Positions 13,293 through 26,951 of a stretch of DNA of 64,000 bases are shown piece after piece. The notes under the pieces are model-generated. The model saw only the letters and a program-made list of their open reading frames with translations, did not search any database and was not told the origin of the DNA. Source of the DNA: Utricularia gibba (Eukaryota > Plantae > Magnoliophyta); contig NEEC01000002.1 in the NCBI GenBank assembly GCA_002189035.1, positions 2,294,001-2,358,000 of the forward strand. The letters are read 5' to 3'. A program made the translations under genes and the position numbers. The first letter of the stretch is position 1; each line of letters opens with the position of its first letter.

Positions 13293-16220
13293 ATGAGTGC
13301 GGGCGCGGGTGCGGCTTCGGGAAGGCTGGCATTTGGTAATCCTCATTGCTTATGATGTCTTTGTGTAAATTCTTCTACTTGTGACCTGCAATGGGAAGTG
13401 AAAGTTAGGCATCTAATGGACAGATTACAGCCTTTCAACAAGTCGTTGTGATGCTTCAGGGATGTGTTCCTCTGGTAACTGTCTGGAACAAGAAGTGGTA
13501 CTGGAGATTTATTGAGCTTACTCTGTTTGTTCATGTGGATGTTTCTTGATGCTTTTGGTTGTTGTGACTTGCAGAGTACATCTGAATGCATCCGGAACAC
13601 TCATCCGAATTTCAAATTCGGCGGAATGCCTGTGAAGATGTTGATTGCACAAGAGATGTCTAAAGAAGTGGACTCTGGAGTCCATCAGCATAATATAGTT
13701 GCCAAACTGATGGGCTTGATGTCTGTGCGTTAGCGGAGCATGAGTCATTTGTTCATCCACAGATTGCTGCTTCACGTTGTCAAGGGCAACAAAACAGATT
13801 TTCAGGTGACATTGATCGGAATGCATTCAAAGATGGCCATGATATATGGAAGCAAACCTGGAAATCATCACCATGTAAGGGGAGACGTAGAGGGTCTGAA
13901 AGTGATGAGAGGATGATGGCTCTTGTTGGGAAGAAGTTCTCTGAAATGAAGAGGTTATCTGCAGATGGAAACATTCGTAAGTCAAAGCAATTTGAAGATG
14001 CAATAGAAGTTTCAAGTTCCAATGATAATACATTTCTCAAGCGTCTCCAAGAACCGGATACAGTTTCCTCTGAGCAGCAAAAAGATTGGTGGTCTGTCCC
14101 TCCTCCAGAGCAAAGGCGGATCACTGTTCTTTTTCCCTCAAGGATTTCCAACAACCACAAATGTCCAAATAAGGATGCCATTGTAAATGCAGTTCTTTCA
14201 GAGAATATTAGTACTGGAAGTTCTCATTCTGCAAGCTTGAGCAATTCTGAAAATCCCTTGCAACCAACCCGAATAGTGGTTTTGAAACCAAGCCATCCGA
14301 AGGCAAATGGTGGTATTTCTGCTACTTCTCCACATATTGAACTGTTGAAACAGCCTCGTGATACTCGGAATCAAGAACCAATAGAAGATGCAAAGATTGC
14401 AGGAGAACAAGCATACCATGGCACGCTCTGCAGAGATGAAATTTTGACTTCTTATGATAAGGATGGTTCCTTCCCTTCACCTTTTCAGACATCTTATATT
14501 GACCAGCTTGGTAGCTCTTCATCTTCGCGCTCACATAGTCAGACATCATATTCTCCGGAGGTTTACCAGGTAGCAAAGAAACGGCTCTCTATAAGGTGGG
14601 CTAGGGCGTCAGCTAATGGGATATACCAAGACCAAGGATCTGCTGCGAGAAGCACCAAGTCATTAGGTGAGTTGCTTGCTCTTTCTGAAGCAAAAATGGC
14701 TTCTGTTCCTTGTGAGACGGATGGCTGTTATTCAGAAATGGAGGAACCAAAGCGCCCTGTAATTCATCAAGAGAAAAATGTGGTTGAATCTCCAATAAAT
14801 CTTATGAGGTCAAAATCTGTTCCTGCAATGCCTCCCAAGTTTGGAACAGAGCTGGATTTGGACATTTCAGTTATGAATAATGGAATGCAACATTTTTACA
14901 AGGACAAGGCCAGCTCAAAAAGTGTTAAATCATCCGTTGGGGGTCTGATTTCTAGTTTATTTCCCTTCAAAAACAAAAGATCAGCAATGGAGAAAGCCTG
15001 CAACTCTGGATCCAACGATGAAGCATTATCATTTCATGAGAAACCTTGCAACACATTTGAAAGCTGCAGAGTGAAGCTCCCTGATCAGGAATTGTACACT
15101 AAGCAACGGCCATCAAGTGAATCATCTTTTTCTCTTCAAAATGGTGACACCTCCATGATGTCTCACCTGGTGAGCTTACACTGTTCAGCTATGAATTGAT
15201 GAGTCCTTTTTATTCATCTTCTCCATAGTAAACGGTTTTCCATGGTTTGGCAGGATCAACATTTCCTTGCTAAGCCTAGTTTATCTGGAGGTCATCGTGA
15301 TGACAAGAATCAGCCAAGTCTAATGTCATTGACAGGATCGCCTTTTGGAGATGATTGCACCGGAAGAGATCTTCCAGAATGCCTTAAGCCTAACCATCAG
15401 AGTACGTGATCTGTGTTCCATAGTTGTCTTTTATATTCCTGTTGATGATTTCTTTCTCCGGTGATAATACGAGTACATCGCACTCAGGTGCAAAGCTTTC
15501 CATTGATTGCCGAGGCTCAAACGTGCTCGGTAGATCACCAGCTATTGGAACCATTCCCCGCACCATATCATGGGATGAGCCATGTAGGCAGACAGTCACA
15601 GCTCATCCTGCTGCAGAGCGCTCGAGCACTACTCAAATCAAGAATGAAGAACTAGACTGGGTTTTGCTTGCCAAAGCTTTGCTAACTGGTTCTGGTCTCA
15701 AAGACGGGGGCGCATCTAACTCATATGCTGATAGATGGTACTCTGTCGAGGCCCCATTGGATCCGCTGCTTAGAGACAAGTATATCGATATACAAGATAA
15801 GGAGATGGTGCCTGAGGCAAAGAGAAGCCACCGGAGATCAACCAGAAATCTCGTCTTCGATTGTGTGAATGCAGCATTGTTGGAAATTGCAGGACCAAGG
15901 TCGGATTTAGGACACTGCAACTTGGAAAAAGATCTCTCAGTAGACAGTGTCTCATCCCGTTAGGAGACAGGGTTTTGGAACTTCTGAACTCTTGGTTTTC
16001 TAGAGACGCCCGAAGAATGTCGGACGGATGTGAGAACAGCAACACGGTGGCCGTGGAAGCTGTAGTGAAAGATGAGGTTGTCAGTGGAAGGTGGGCGGAT
16101 CAGTTGATAATGGAGATAGAAGACATGAACAAGGATATCACAAGGACGTTGCTGGAGGATCTGGTCCATGAGGCCGTACGTGAAATGGCTTCTAGTGTTG
16201 AGGAGGAGGCAGTCTCTTGA
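13293..16220 (+). CDS. DUF3741/DUF4378 TON1-recruiting-motif (TRM/LONGIFOLIA-like) protein; two apparent -1 frameshifts
   Basis: GMPVKMLIAQEMSKE..VAKLMGL motif, MALV..KF..EV..SN..FLK..QEP, PTRIVVLKP, SLGELLALS, QPSLMS, and a C-terminal LVFDCVNAAL..LLEDLV..A block (DUF4378-like). Frames are rejoined by one base at 13718 and at 15956-15958. The 5' exon boundaries are uncertain. Confidence 0.8.
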
Positions 16221-16761
16221 ATGCATCTAACCTCCATTTGTATCTCTGTTAGTTAACCACCCTTTTTCTGTAGGTAAATTTTTATTCATGGCGTTCTTGC
16301 GGCTTCTTCTGTTACTCCCCTGAGTTCTCAAGAAAGCATAACAGAGCAACCAAGAAATGCAAAGGCTCAGAAAATGAGAAATTCCCGGAAATGAAAAAAC
16401 TAAAATGACAATCATGGAAAACCTTAAGCCCCGCTGTAGGATCTTCTCTGTTAGTGCACGCGTCCACCACGCCCTGCGGCTGTGTCAAGGCTGTTGCCTG
16501 CAACCCATTTTAATGACTTGAATTCAATGCATGAGAATTTCCAGTTCAGAAAAATGTGGACCTTGAATGCACTGGGGTTTGTCTCTTGTGCATTCAGCGG
16601 CTCATTCACAATGCATTGCTGGTAACCACCTCTTGAATTCAAGTGACAACACTTTCGAACAGTACTTTCTCCCACGCAGCCCATTCTATAAAGAGCTTCC
16701 ACTCCCACAGCCATCTCCTCAGACTATCGAAGCAGAATCAGTTTCCCTTCATTTCTTCATC

Positions 16762-18239
16762 ATGCTCTCTTCTCCCTCATTCATGCTGGTTGTGGCCTTG
16801 GTATGCAGCGTTGCTGCTGTGACGGTGCCAATGGTGGAGGGAACCCGGGCCTTATTCGTGTTCGGAGACTCCCTAGTGGATAACGGCAACAACAACTTCT
16901 TGGTTACATCAGCCAGGGCGGATGTCCCGCCGTATGGAATCGACTACCCGAATCACCGTGCCACTGGCAGATTCTCCAATGGCTACAACATTCCTGATAT
17001 CATCAGTATGCTCTATTCTCCACAAACTTCTTCCATCTGCACAAGATATCATCAGTAACAATGATGTGTATGCGTCTGCGTGGGAATGAATATCATCTAT
17101 CTACAGGTAAACAACTCGGAGCAGAATCCACAATGGCGTACCTGGATCCCAGGCTACATGGGAAGAAACTCCTGGTTGGCGCCAACTTTGCTTCAGCTGG
17201 AGTAGGGATTCTTAACGACACCGGCTATCAGTTTGTAAGTTAACAAGCGCTCAGATAAAGTGCATGCTGTGAAGCTCAATGGTGAAACCTCGATGCTGAA
17301 TCTAGAATTTCATGGCATTTCCAGGTAAACATGTTGAGAATGTACAGGCAGCTTGAGTTATTCCAGGAGTACCAGTGCCGAGTCTCCAAGCTGATAGGCG
17401 AAGAACGGAAGAAGACACTAGTGGGCAACGGCCTGGTTTTCATTTCAGTTGGCAGCAACGATTTCATCAACAATTACTACTTGACACCGATCACCGGGCG
17501 AAGGCTCCAATACCCCAATCTGGAAGAATATAACCATCTTCTCATTTCCGAGTACAAGAAGATTCTGCAAGTAAAAACAACCATCCAGTATATTTCATGA
17601 TGATATTCGACATGAGAAATGAATTGAACTGACGGCATTTTGTGAAATTGCATTTACCAGAAGGTTTACGACTTGGGAGCTCGCCGGGTTGTGGTGATGG
17701 GAGCAGGTCCATTGGGCTGCATTCCGGCGATGCTCGCGTCCAGGAGTACCGACGGCAACTGCGCCACCGAGTTACAGACGGCGTCGGCCATTTTTAACCA
17801 GCAGTTGGTGGAAATGATCAGAGGTCTGAATCAAGAAATTGGATCCGACGTATTTACCGCGGTGAACACAAAAAGAGTTCAGCACGACTTCCTCGACAAT
17901 CCAAGTGATTACGGTAACCAATTGCGAGAATAGCACATAAAAGAATCCCCGTTTGACTCATCGGTTGATTCGACGTACCGCACTGCAGGGTTCACGACGT
18001 CGAAGGTGGCTTGCTGCGGGCAGGGGCCGTACAACGGGCTAGGCCTATGCACAGAGGCTTCGCATTTGTGCAGTGACAGATCCAAATATGCGTTCTGGGA
18101 TGCATATCACCCGTCGGAGAAGGCGAACCGAATCATCGTCCGCATAATGTTTAACGGCTCCGGCGAGTACATGATGCCGGTGAACCTCAGTTCTATTTTC
18201 CGACTCGACGGAGTGGCAAAAGACGGCAACAAAACTTGA
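16762..18239 (+). CDS. GDSL esterase/lipase (LTL1-like), 5 exons
   Basis: Signal peptide, [33 protein letters not shown] and WDAYHPSE. Exons 16762-17005, 17107-17234, 17325-17570, 17661-17913, 17989-18239. Confidence 0.95.
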
Positions 18240-18823
18240 AGCCTAAGATAAAGTCGAATCTCAATAGCCTTTCATCATCGACCTCCATTTCCCTTCGCTT
18301 CTTGGTTGAATTCCAGTTTTCATTTCCCATTTCTCATCAATTGCCCCAAATTTAATAATTTTTAAATTTAATGTCAAAATCTTAATTTCTATTTTTTTCA
18401 CATAACAGACTAATATTAAAATTAACAAAATTTAAACATTATCATTTCAAAACATTACATCCATAGAACAAACTCAAAATAAAAACATTAAGTATTAATT
18501 CTACATAATTTTGAAAAAAATACGAATTGTAATTATACATAAATTTTCAAATAATGAATATAAATATTATTTTTTTGAAAATCATTTATATTAATTAGAT
18601 AAATAATGGCAACAATGCAAACAATTTTCTGGCCTCCAATCCAATGGACAAGTAAACAACTAAGTATTGGAAGAAATGCATGATTTTCATTGTTTTAAGA
18701 AACGCATTGACCCATGACACGTCATCAAAGGCTAGTTAAATGAAAATATGAGAGGGAGAGCTTACAGACAGAGGGTGCAACACAAGTGCTATTGAATTTA
18801 GCTGGTTGGATGAATGGTTCTTG

Positions 18824-19673
18824 TTATCTGCCACTCTTTTTTGCGCGCTTCCCTTGCCCTTTCTTCGGTGGCCCTTTTCCTCGACGCTTCAACATTTCGA
18901 GCCGGTTCAGACGCCTGCGATTCGCAAGTTAGTATATAGTCATTCAAACTGGGCAAACAAGGATTCATGTAGAGATGTAAGATCCAAAAATGCTAAAAGT
19001 GCCACTCTACGTTCAGGAGACTCCTCTACCGATCATGCTATGAGAAATGACAACCCAAGACTAAGGACCCCTTCCGAGTTATGTTCTATCAATCATGCCT
19101 TTTGAAACCTCCTATTTTTCTCATTCCGGGGAAGAAGAGTGTAGCTCATCCTGTTCATAATCCCCAGAAATTGCATTTCTTGGAAATGGTTTCCAGAGGT
19201 TCGAATTTAAGACCTTAAAGTCATATCTGTATCTCAGAGAAAACTGCTAACATTTTTGTTCCAACATTGAACGAAAAAGAGGTAGAAGACCTAGGCTTTA
19301 AACTTCATCTTTTCAAACAAGTTAATTAATCAATGCTACAGAATATATCCAATACAATGAATAGAAGCTAGAGCTTACTCCTGTTCTCATTTTTTAAAAC
19401 AAATTATCAATGCTAACGAATATATGCAATACTATGAAGAGAAGGTAGAACTTACTCCTGTTCTTTTCGGGCCATGACAACAGGATCATCCTTGTTGATA
19501 TCGTAAGGGTACCATGAGGCAACCTTTTCACCAATAAGCTTTTTACGCAGTAGCTTGTGAGCAGATCTTCTCCCAGTTGGGTTGAGTATATGACCAAAAA
19601 TCCTAGCTCTCGCCTCAGCAACCCCTTCAAGGGCTGCTTTAGCTAGAAGATTCTTTAAACCTCCAAAGCTCAT
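18824..19673 (-). CDS. Mitochondrial small-subunit ribosomal protein mS33-like
   Basis: Exon 19673-19456 (EARARIFGH..LRKKLIGEKVASWYP) splices to 18914-18824 (RLNRLEMLKRRGKGPPKKGQGKRAKKSGR*). Confidence 0.88.
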
Positions 19674-20359
19674 TTTCTTATCTAAAACACCTCTAACACA
19701 CTGAAACCAGAAGTAGCAACAATAATCACCGAGAGTCACTACAGCTATTAAATTCATCATTACCAAACCATAAAAATTGCCCAAGGAAAACCTCTAAAAG
19801 CCAAACAAAAAAGGAACAACACTGATTAACAACATTGACAATTGAAAAAAAAAAAACCCATGAAATCAATAAAATAGAAATTACGAAGAAACGCACAGTC
19901 GAACAACGCATAATATCAAATGCAAAGAAATTACATATTCGTTAACACGCTGACAAATGACGATACAGGGATGGATACCCAAGCACAGAAAGCTTACCAC
20001 CAAATTTCAGTAAATCGACCAACAAAGAAAATAGCCCAGACACCTCCAGCATCACACACTTTGCTCTACAGTGGAGCGCATCGCGAACCCTTCGCAAAGG
20101 AGAGATCCCACTAAAACTCCCGTCCGATTTGTATAACTGCCCGAGACACCTAGCGCTTGGGCTCGCAAATTTGATTGCAGAAGTCCAATAGCCCAGTAAC
20201 GCATCATACTCAATACGAAAGGGACAGACTTACCCCTCACAGGGGGCCCAAAGACTTGCCCATGATAGAGAATACTTTTCTCCAAAATATTTAAATAATT
20301 ATAATTGAATTCCAATATAATAAGTGGGAATGCGCACAACTAGAAAGATTATCCTAGAA

Positions 20360-23347
20360 TAGGGCTGTGCATGGATCTGGCATAAACCGAAAGTCCATGG
20401 ATACCGATTCAAAACCGATCCGAATTTGAGGATATCCAATTCGGTGGATTATCCGATTATTCAAAAACTGTGGATCGGATTGGTTTACGGATTCTACTAT
20501 CAAAAATCCGATCAGATTCATTATGATATATATAAATTATAAATTCATTATATTTTTTTGTTTTTCTATACAAATGTAAAAACTAAGCCCAAATTCTAAA
20601 ACCCTACATATTCTTCTCTCATATTTCAATATCATGAACGGCCGTGTAGATTTCAGTCATAGTATTTTCTTTTTATAGTCTTGACACTTGATTAGCATTC
20701 AACTAAACCTCATGTCAATGATAGGAGAAAATGAGGAGCAAGCAACCGAATAGCTACCACCTTCTTCAATGTCATCTCAAACCCCTACTCAAAGTCAAAA
20801 TGATGGAATTGGAAATAAGCGTTGTTTGGATGAAGTGGGTAAAGAAAAACCACAAGATAGACAAAAATCTTGGATTTGAGAACATTTTAATATTATTGAA
20901 GGATTGACTCAGAATGAAAGAAGAGCACCTTATGTGTATTGTTCCACATTGATTCTTTATCTATCTAAAATGGGTACTTCTTGTCTAATCAACCATCACA
21001 ATAGGTGCAAGAAAAATCCTGGCAACACATTTGAAAAAAAGCAGAAAACAATTGAATTCAAGATTACAGAAGTCAAGAGTTCTAAAGAGATGACCACTCA
21101 TTCCTTTGATCAAAACATTTGTAGGAAATCACTTGCAAGAATGATTATTTTGGATGAATTACCTTTAAGAGTAGTAGAAAAACAGGGGTTTAAGGAGTTA
21201 TGTTATCAAATGAGACCACAATTTGCAATTCCTGCTCATACTACTATTGCTAAGGATTGTTATAAATGCTTTTTGGAATTGAGAGAGAACTTGAAGGTAT
21301 GTTTTCAGAAGTTATCATCACATATTTGCCTTACTACGGATACATGGACTTCTGTTCAAAATTTATGTTATATGTCTTTGACATCACATTATATTAATGA
21401 TAATTGAATATTACATAAGTACATTATTAATTTTTGTCCAATCAGTGGTCACACAGGTGAAAAAATAACCATGTCTATAGAGAAATGCTTGTTAGGATGG
21501 GAAATTAGTAAAGTTTTTACCGTTACTGTGGATAATGCTAGTGATAATGATAGTGGTTTAATATATTTGCAAAAGAGGTTGAATAGTTGGAAGGGTATTA
21601 TTCTTAATGGTGAATATATGCACATGAGATGTGATGTGCATATTTTAAACTTGATTGTGAAGGATGGCTTGAAAGACTTGAATGAATCTATTTGTAGAAT
21701 CAGAAATGCAGTAAAATATGTCAGGTCATCACCTTCCCGAGCCTTGAAATTCAAGTCATGTGTAGAGAAAGAGAGAATTCAATGCAAGAGTAGTGTTTGT
21801 TTAGATGGGGAAACAAGATGGAATTCGACATATTTGATGTTAGAATCGGCGGTGAAATTTGAGAAAGCTTTTGAGTTGTTGGAAAAAATTGATAAAAGCT
21901 ATTTGGAAGTGCTGAATCCTAAGAATTCCAACGGTGATAACTCTCAAGACAAGCATATTGATATTGGAAAAAAATCTAAAATAAAAGGTGTGCTTGTAGA
22001 AGTTGATTGGAAAAATGCAAATAAATTGTTATTATTTTTGAAAGTTTTTTATGAAACTACTTTGAAGTATCATTTTATGTTACTGTAAATGATTACATGA
22101 AAGAAGTCTATGGGATTGGATTTTTTCTTTCCAAAATGTGTGGTAATATTGATAAGTATATTGTTTCTATGGCTTCAAGAATGAAAAAGAAACATGACAA
22201 ATATTGGGGGGACATTGATCGGATCAATATCCTTATTTTTGTGGCTACCAATGTTGATCCAAGATACAAATTGATCTATGTGAACTTAATCATTGATAAA
22301 ACATATGATAAAGAGGCTGCTACAATTGTGAAAGGAAACGTGAATTCTGTTTTGCATGCCATGTTTGATATTTATTCTATTCATTTCTTTAATGCCCAAC
22401 AAACAAAAAGTCAAGTTGAATAAAGATTCATTATGGATATTGATAATATCTCTGGATCAGTTATTTTATTTTTTTATGCAAACATATTATTGTTTCTTTC
22501 TTTCAATGTGGTGATATTTTAAGTTTTGATATAATTGATTATACGAATGCGCTTGGAGAGTTTCATAGTACTAGAATTAAATCTGAGCTTGACATTTATT
22601 TGCTAGAAGTGATGGGTGATCGAAATGCTAAAGATTTCAATATATTAGAATGGTGGAAATCAATTGCCTCAAGATATCCCATACTTGATACCATAGCTAG
22701 AGATGTGATGGTTATACCAGTCTCTACATTGGCTTTAGAATATGCCTTTAGCACGAGAGGTCGTGCTATTGATCCTTTTCGAAGCTCTTTAGGTCCAAAG
22801 ATGGTAGAAGCTATTGTATGTGCACAAGATTGGATGAAAAAAGGTCACGAGCCTACCAGCAATGAAGAAATTTTAGAATAGATGTGAAAGCTAGAAAAAG
22901 AAACAGGTTAAATATTTACATTTTTATGCAATGATTTTTTCTAATTTTTTTATTTGAAACTCATTTTGTATTCTAAATTTAATTTACAGAAATTGGTAGT
23001 GAAGAACATCATGTTATCAACATTGATGTCTAGACTATGGATATTTCATTGTGTTTTTTGATAATATTTTGATTTTATACTCATTTACTTTAAATGAGTA
23101 TTTTGTTAGTGAAGATTAACATATTATGACATTTTACTTTGTTTATCATAAAAAATATGGTTAATATTCAGTAACAATATTTATTATAATTTTTTAGATG
23201 CAAATTGGTTTGATCCGTGGATTCCGAACCGATCCAATCCGATATATGCGGTTTGGATTACGGATTGCAATTATAGTGATCCGTAATGTACGGATCGGTT
23301 TGGATTTTAGGGCAATGGATCGGATATCCGATCCGTGCACAGCCATA
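20360..23347 (+). mobile_element. hAT (Ac/Tam3 superfamily) DNA transposon, full length about 2988 bp
   Basis: TIRs TAGGGCTGTGCATGGATC and rc TATGGCTGTGCACGGATC (2 mismatches in 18 bp). Perfect 8-bp TSD TCCTAGAA at 20352-20359 and 23348-23355. Subterminal ATCCG/CGGAT arrays at both ends. Confidence 0.95.
20712..22881 (+). pseudogene. Inactivated hAT transposase (BED finger, RNase H-like core, hATC dimerisation domain)
   Basis: LTTDTWTS, TVDNAS, HMRCDVHILNLIV, ETRWNSTYLML, DPRYK and ILEWWK..YPIL..IARD..IPVST..E.AFST. In-frame stops at 20751, 20877 and 21405, plus a frameshift near 22090. Confidence 0.93.
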
Positions 23348-23748
23348 TCCTAGAATACAAAATTAATCATATCATATAAACAAAACATGGGCCATGATAT
23401 TTGGTATCATAACACCCAAATGACCCATGACAACATGAAGAAAAAATTTGATTGGCCAAAGTGGGGGCGATGATAATAAATAACATAAGATTGCTGGAAT
23501 TAAATATTTCAAAAATAATATATGTGGTGCGTTTAGAATTTTAGGATTCAGCCGACGCGCATTATTGTAAATCAGACAAAAAAAACTTAAGAGTTGGGGT
23601 TTTTCAACGTACGACACTTTCGACTTAGAAACAACAAAGGTTTTCTAGACAGCAGGAAGCACACACTTGGGAAACTGCGAGTTCAACGAACAAAGCAAAC
23701 CAAAGCAACGCCAAGGGGGAAAAAATGTTTAACTAGAACAGTCAGGCT

Positions 23749-24165
23749 TCAAGGTGACGGAATACCACCAGCTCCGCCAGCGCCCGCGCCCGTGCCGCCG
23801 ACGCCACCAAACGGCAAGCCGCCAGTGCTTCCAGAAATACCACCCGTGCCTCCCGGTAGACCACCGACACCGCCAAATCCGCCGGAGGGAAAAATGCCAC
23901 TGAACCCACCGCCTCCGGGAAGAGTTCCTATGCCGCCAGCGAGCCCACCAAAGCTATTGGCTCCACCAACGCCGCCTCCGGAGCCAATGCCGCCAAGAAT
24001 GCCACCGTAGGGGATACCGCTGTTATCGATGCCGGAGTAGCCGCCCATGCCGGTGAAGGAACCGATGTTCTTCTGGTCAGTCAAGCCGGCGCCTGGGACG
24101 TCCCTGGCGGCCGCGCGAGCGGCTACAAGAGCCACGAGGAAGACGAGAAGCGCAGAGTTGCTCAT
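23749..24165 (-). CDS. Secreted glycine-rich cell-wall-type protein, intronless
   Basis: Signal peptide MSNSALLVFLVALVAARAAA, then ARDVP..GLTDQKN and GG-rich repeats ending GIPSP*. Confidence 0.85.
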   Translation of the reverse strand: MSNSALLVFLVALVAARAAARDVPGAGLTDQKNIGSFTGMGGYSGIDNSGIPYGGILGGIGSGGGVGGANSFGGLAGGIGTLPGGGGFSGIFPSGGFGGVGGLPGGTGGISGSTGGLPFGGVGGTGAGAGGAGGIPSP

Positions 24166-25793
24166 CCTCTTGAACCTACAAGCGTTGAATACTCGCACGG
24201 ATTGTTTCTTCTACCAAGCAAGCGTAGGGCGCAGCAAAAAGGGTGCCCTGGTTTATAAAGAAAAGGATACGGGGAACGAAGACGTGACCATAATGAATGA
24301 AGCAGTTGGGAGAATTGAATGCATGCAGATCAACTGCGCTTCTTACAGGCCTCCCTTTCAATCAATGTGGTTTTTGAATGTTGTCGGATCCTCCCATTTT
24401 CTTTTTTCACCCGAATCAACCCCCGGAGAAACCTTGTCCAAAGTTTATACAACAAATACGTTGGCATTGTCGAGAACTGAATTCCATGTTTGAAGTATTA
24501 AGAATTTTAATTTATATTAAATAATAAATAATAATTATATTTTAAAATTATCAAATATTTAATAAAAATTTAATTTAAAACACGTGATAAACAAAAATCA
24601 TTTCTTACAAAACATACTCATGCTTTACAATTTCAAAACTCGATGTTATTGCCCAAATAATGACATGTCTTTATTGCCCAAATGTCCCAGTGTAGATGCC
24701 AACCCTAACCCTAATTCTCAAAAATGGTATTTTGAGGGTGTTTAGGATCCGACCCGACCCGACCCGGTTGATTGGAATACAAAAGGACGTAAATAAAAAG
24801 AAAGAATATATCTACGGAGTTGGTTGGGCGCAGGGATCGTACGATAATTTAGTGCATGCATGTGGTCTCTGAGCGTAGCCATTGACCCGCCCTGACTACG
24901 TGTCTTAATAATTCGGCATCCGGCCCGACCGGGAATTCAATCTCCACTCAACCGCTTCCACTCAATTCTTTGACGTCTGGCAGTGCAGCATCCACTGCCC
25001 TTTCATTTACATCAAAAAAAGAGAATCAAGAAACCCACACATACACCAATTTACTCCCTCCCTCTCTCTCTCCATCTATCTATTTCGCCAGAAAGATTTT
25101 TATATTCATAGATTTATTTTTTTAAAAAAAATAGTTTTAATAAGTTCGAAACTAAGATACGCTTAATTTTTATTTTTTAAAATATAACTAAAAAATAATG
25201 ATATGGATTCGATCTATTAATATAGTTTTTGATCCAAAATAAAATTCGGATTTTTTGATCCAGCGCGGATTGGGACACGTGTGGGCGTATGATTGGGTAG
25301 AGGAATCTTGGGAAGAGGGGTAAAAATGCGATACTTTTATGACTGTGCGAGTTGCAGTAAGAAAAAATGATTTGATTATTGAGGCAATTGAATGAAGGGG
25401 AAATAAAAAAATGGGGGACACAGAGAGGAGCACATGCGTCTTCCCTGCATTGATTCATTCATTCCTGTTTCAGAGAGCAGAAGACAGGTGGAGTTACTGC
25501 GCCTGCAGGAGAAGTAAATGCTCATTAACCTGTGTAGGTGAAACATGTCAAATGACTAGATTACCCCTATAGGCATTGGATCGACTAGTCTCCTTCATGG
25601 GCCCGGTGTGGGCCGCTGATGGGCCGTGGTATTTATGCAGGCCGGTGCTCCTGCGTGAATGTCGGGGGATAGGGGAGGGAAATGGAAATCCTTCATTTCC
25701 TGCCCCAGTTTTGCGAGCGGTTGAGAGCGATTTGGGAGAGGGAAATCCTCTTTTAAGCGACCGCCGGGGTGAGGGTCATGAGGCGAACGAGCA

Positions 25794-26211
25794 ATGGCGA
25801 CGAAGTTCCGAGGGTTGAGGAATTTGATCGGCGCGCGGCGTTACTGCGCGGGAAAGAAGGGCATCGACTGCGCGGTGGACACCGGTCGGAGGGTGAAGAC
25901 GGAAGTCGCTGCCGCCGCGGATGATGTGCGAACGCGAGCAATTTGATTTCTTAATTCTTTTCGTTGACCGCGATTTGCGCGTGATCCAGGCCACTGTTTT
26001 TCAGGCATCGGAAAAGACGAAGAGAGCGGTGTCGTCCGTGGCCGGGAAATTGAAAGGTACGGCGGAGCAGGCCTTAGGATCGACTAAAGCTGCGACACAG
26101 GTGATCAAGGACACTGTTGCAGGGAAGGCGGAGGCGACAACGGAGGCCACGCGGAATGCCGTGAGGAAGGAGGCCGGCAATATCGAACGCGGCATGAACT
26201 CCAAAAACTGA
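25794..26211 (+). CDS. Small LEA-like protein with a possible mitochondrial presequence, 2 exons
   Basis: Exon 25794-25925 (MATKFRGLRNLIGARRYC..AAAADD), intron 25926-26004, exon 26005-26211 with A/K/T/E-rich helical repeats (KAATQVIKDTVAGKAEATTEATR). Confidence 0.75.
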
Positions 26212-26951
26212 TCGCTCAAGGCGATTACATACGAACTTATTCAGCCATTAGTGAGATAATTAAATAAACCGAGTTTCAACCCTGTTTATCTTGGCAGTTA
26301 GCATGACACTTCATCAATTTCCCTAAACTTGTTTGGAACAAAGAACATGCCATATATAGTTGATGTGCTTACTGGCTCATGTACGATGTTTCTATTAGTG
26401 GAAATAGATTGTAATAAAAACTCGATAATATTTAGATTAGGTTGTACTAACCCTAAAATCAATCCATAATAAATAATTAGTTAAATTAAAATAAAAAAAT
26501 TCTAAAATAACAACTATTTCTAAATCTAAGTGATATGATTTTTAATTTAATAATTATAAAATATTTATCACTCATTTTGTTTTTTATCCACTAATGTGAT
26601 ATGAAAAAAAAATATATAATTTGAATTTAAAATTAATAGTAATTGATGGGATTGGTATTAGATGAATTAGGTTATATGAATTTTATGAATAGTAAGTATG
26701 TTTATTATTAATTTATTAATATATGCTTAATTTTACACTCTTAGATATTTTCCCATAAAAATATCCTAATGGGTACAAAACATTCAGATGAATTTGTTTT
26801 TATTTCTATACAATATTTTATTGAATTCAATTCCAAAAAGGAAGTAACCCTAAATTGAAACCCTGGTGGGACCCACGGAGTGGTGCGGTTGTAGTATCGT
26901 AAAATGATTAATCACGAGAGCGAAACTTACCCACATGCAACGACCTGCAAG

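Noticed and set aside
23594-24010. Pro-rich 138-aa plus-strand ORF resembling an extensin
   Set aside because: It is the antisense shadow of the glycine-rich gene (GGN codons read as CCN). It has no signal peptide or credible start.
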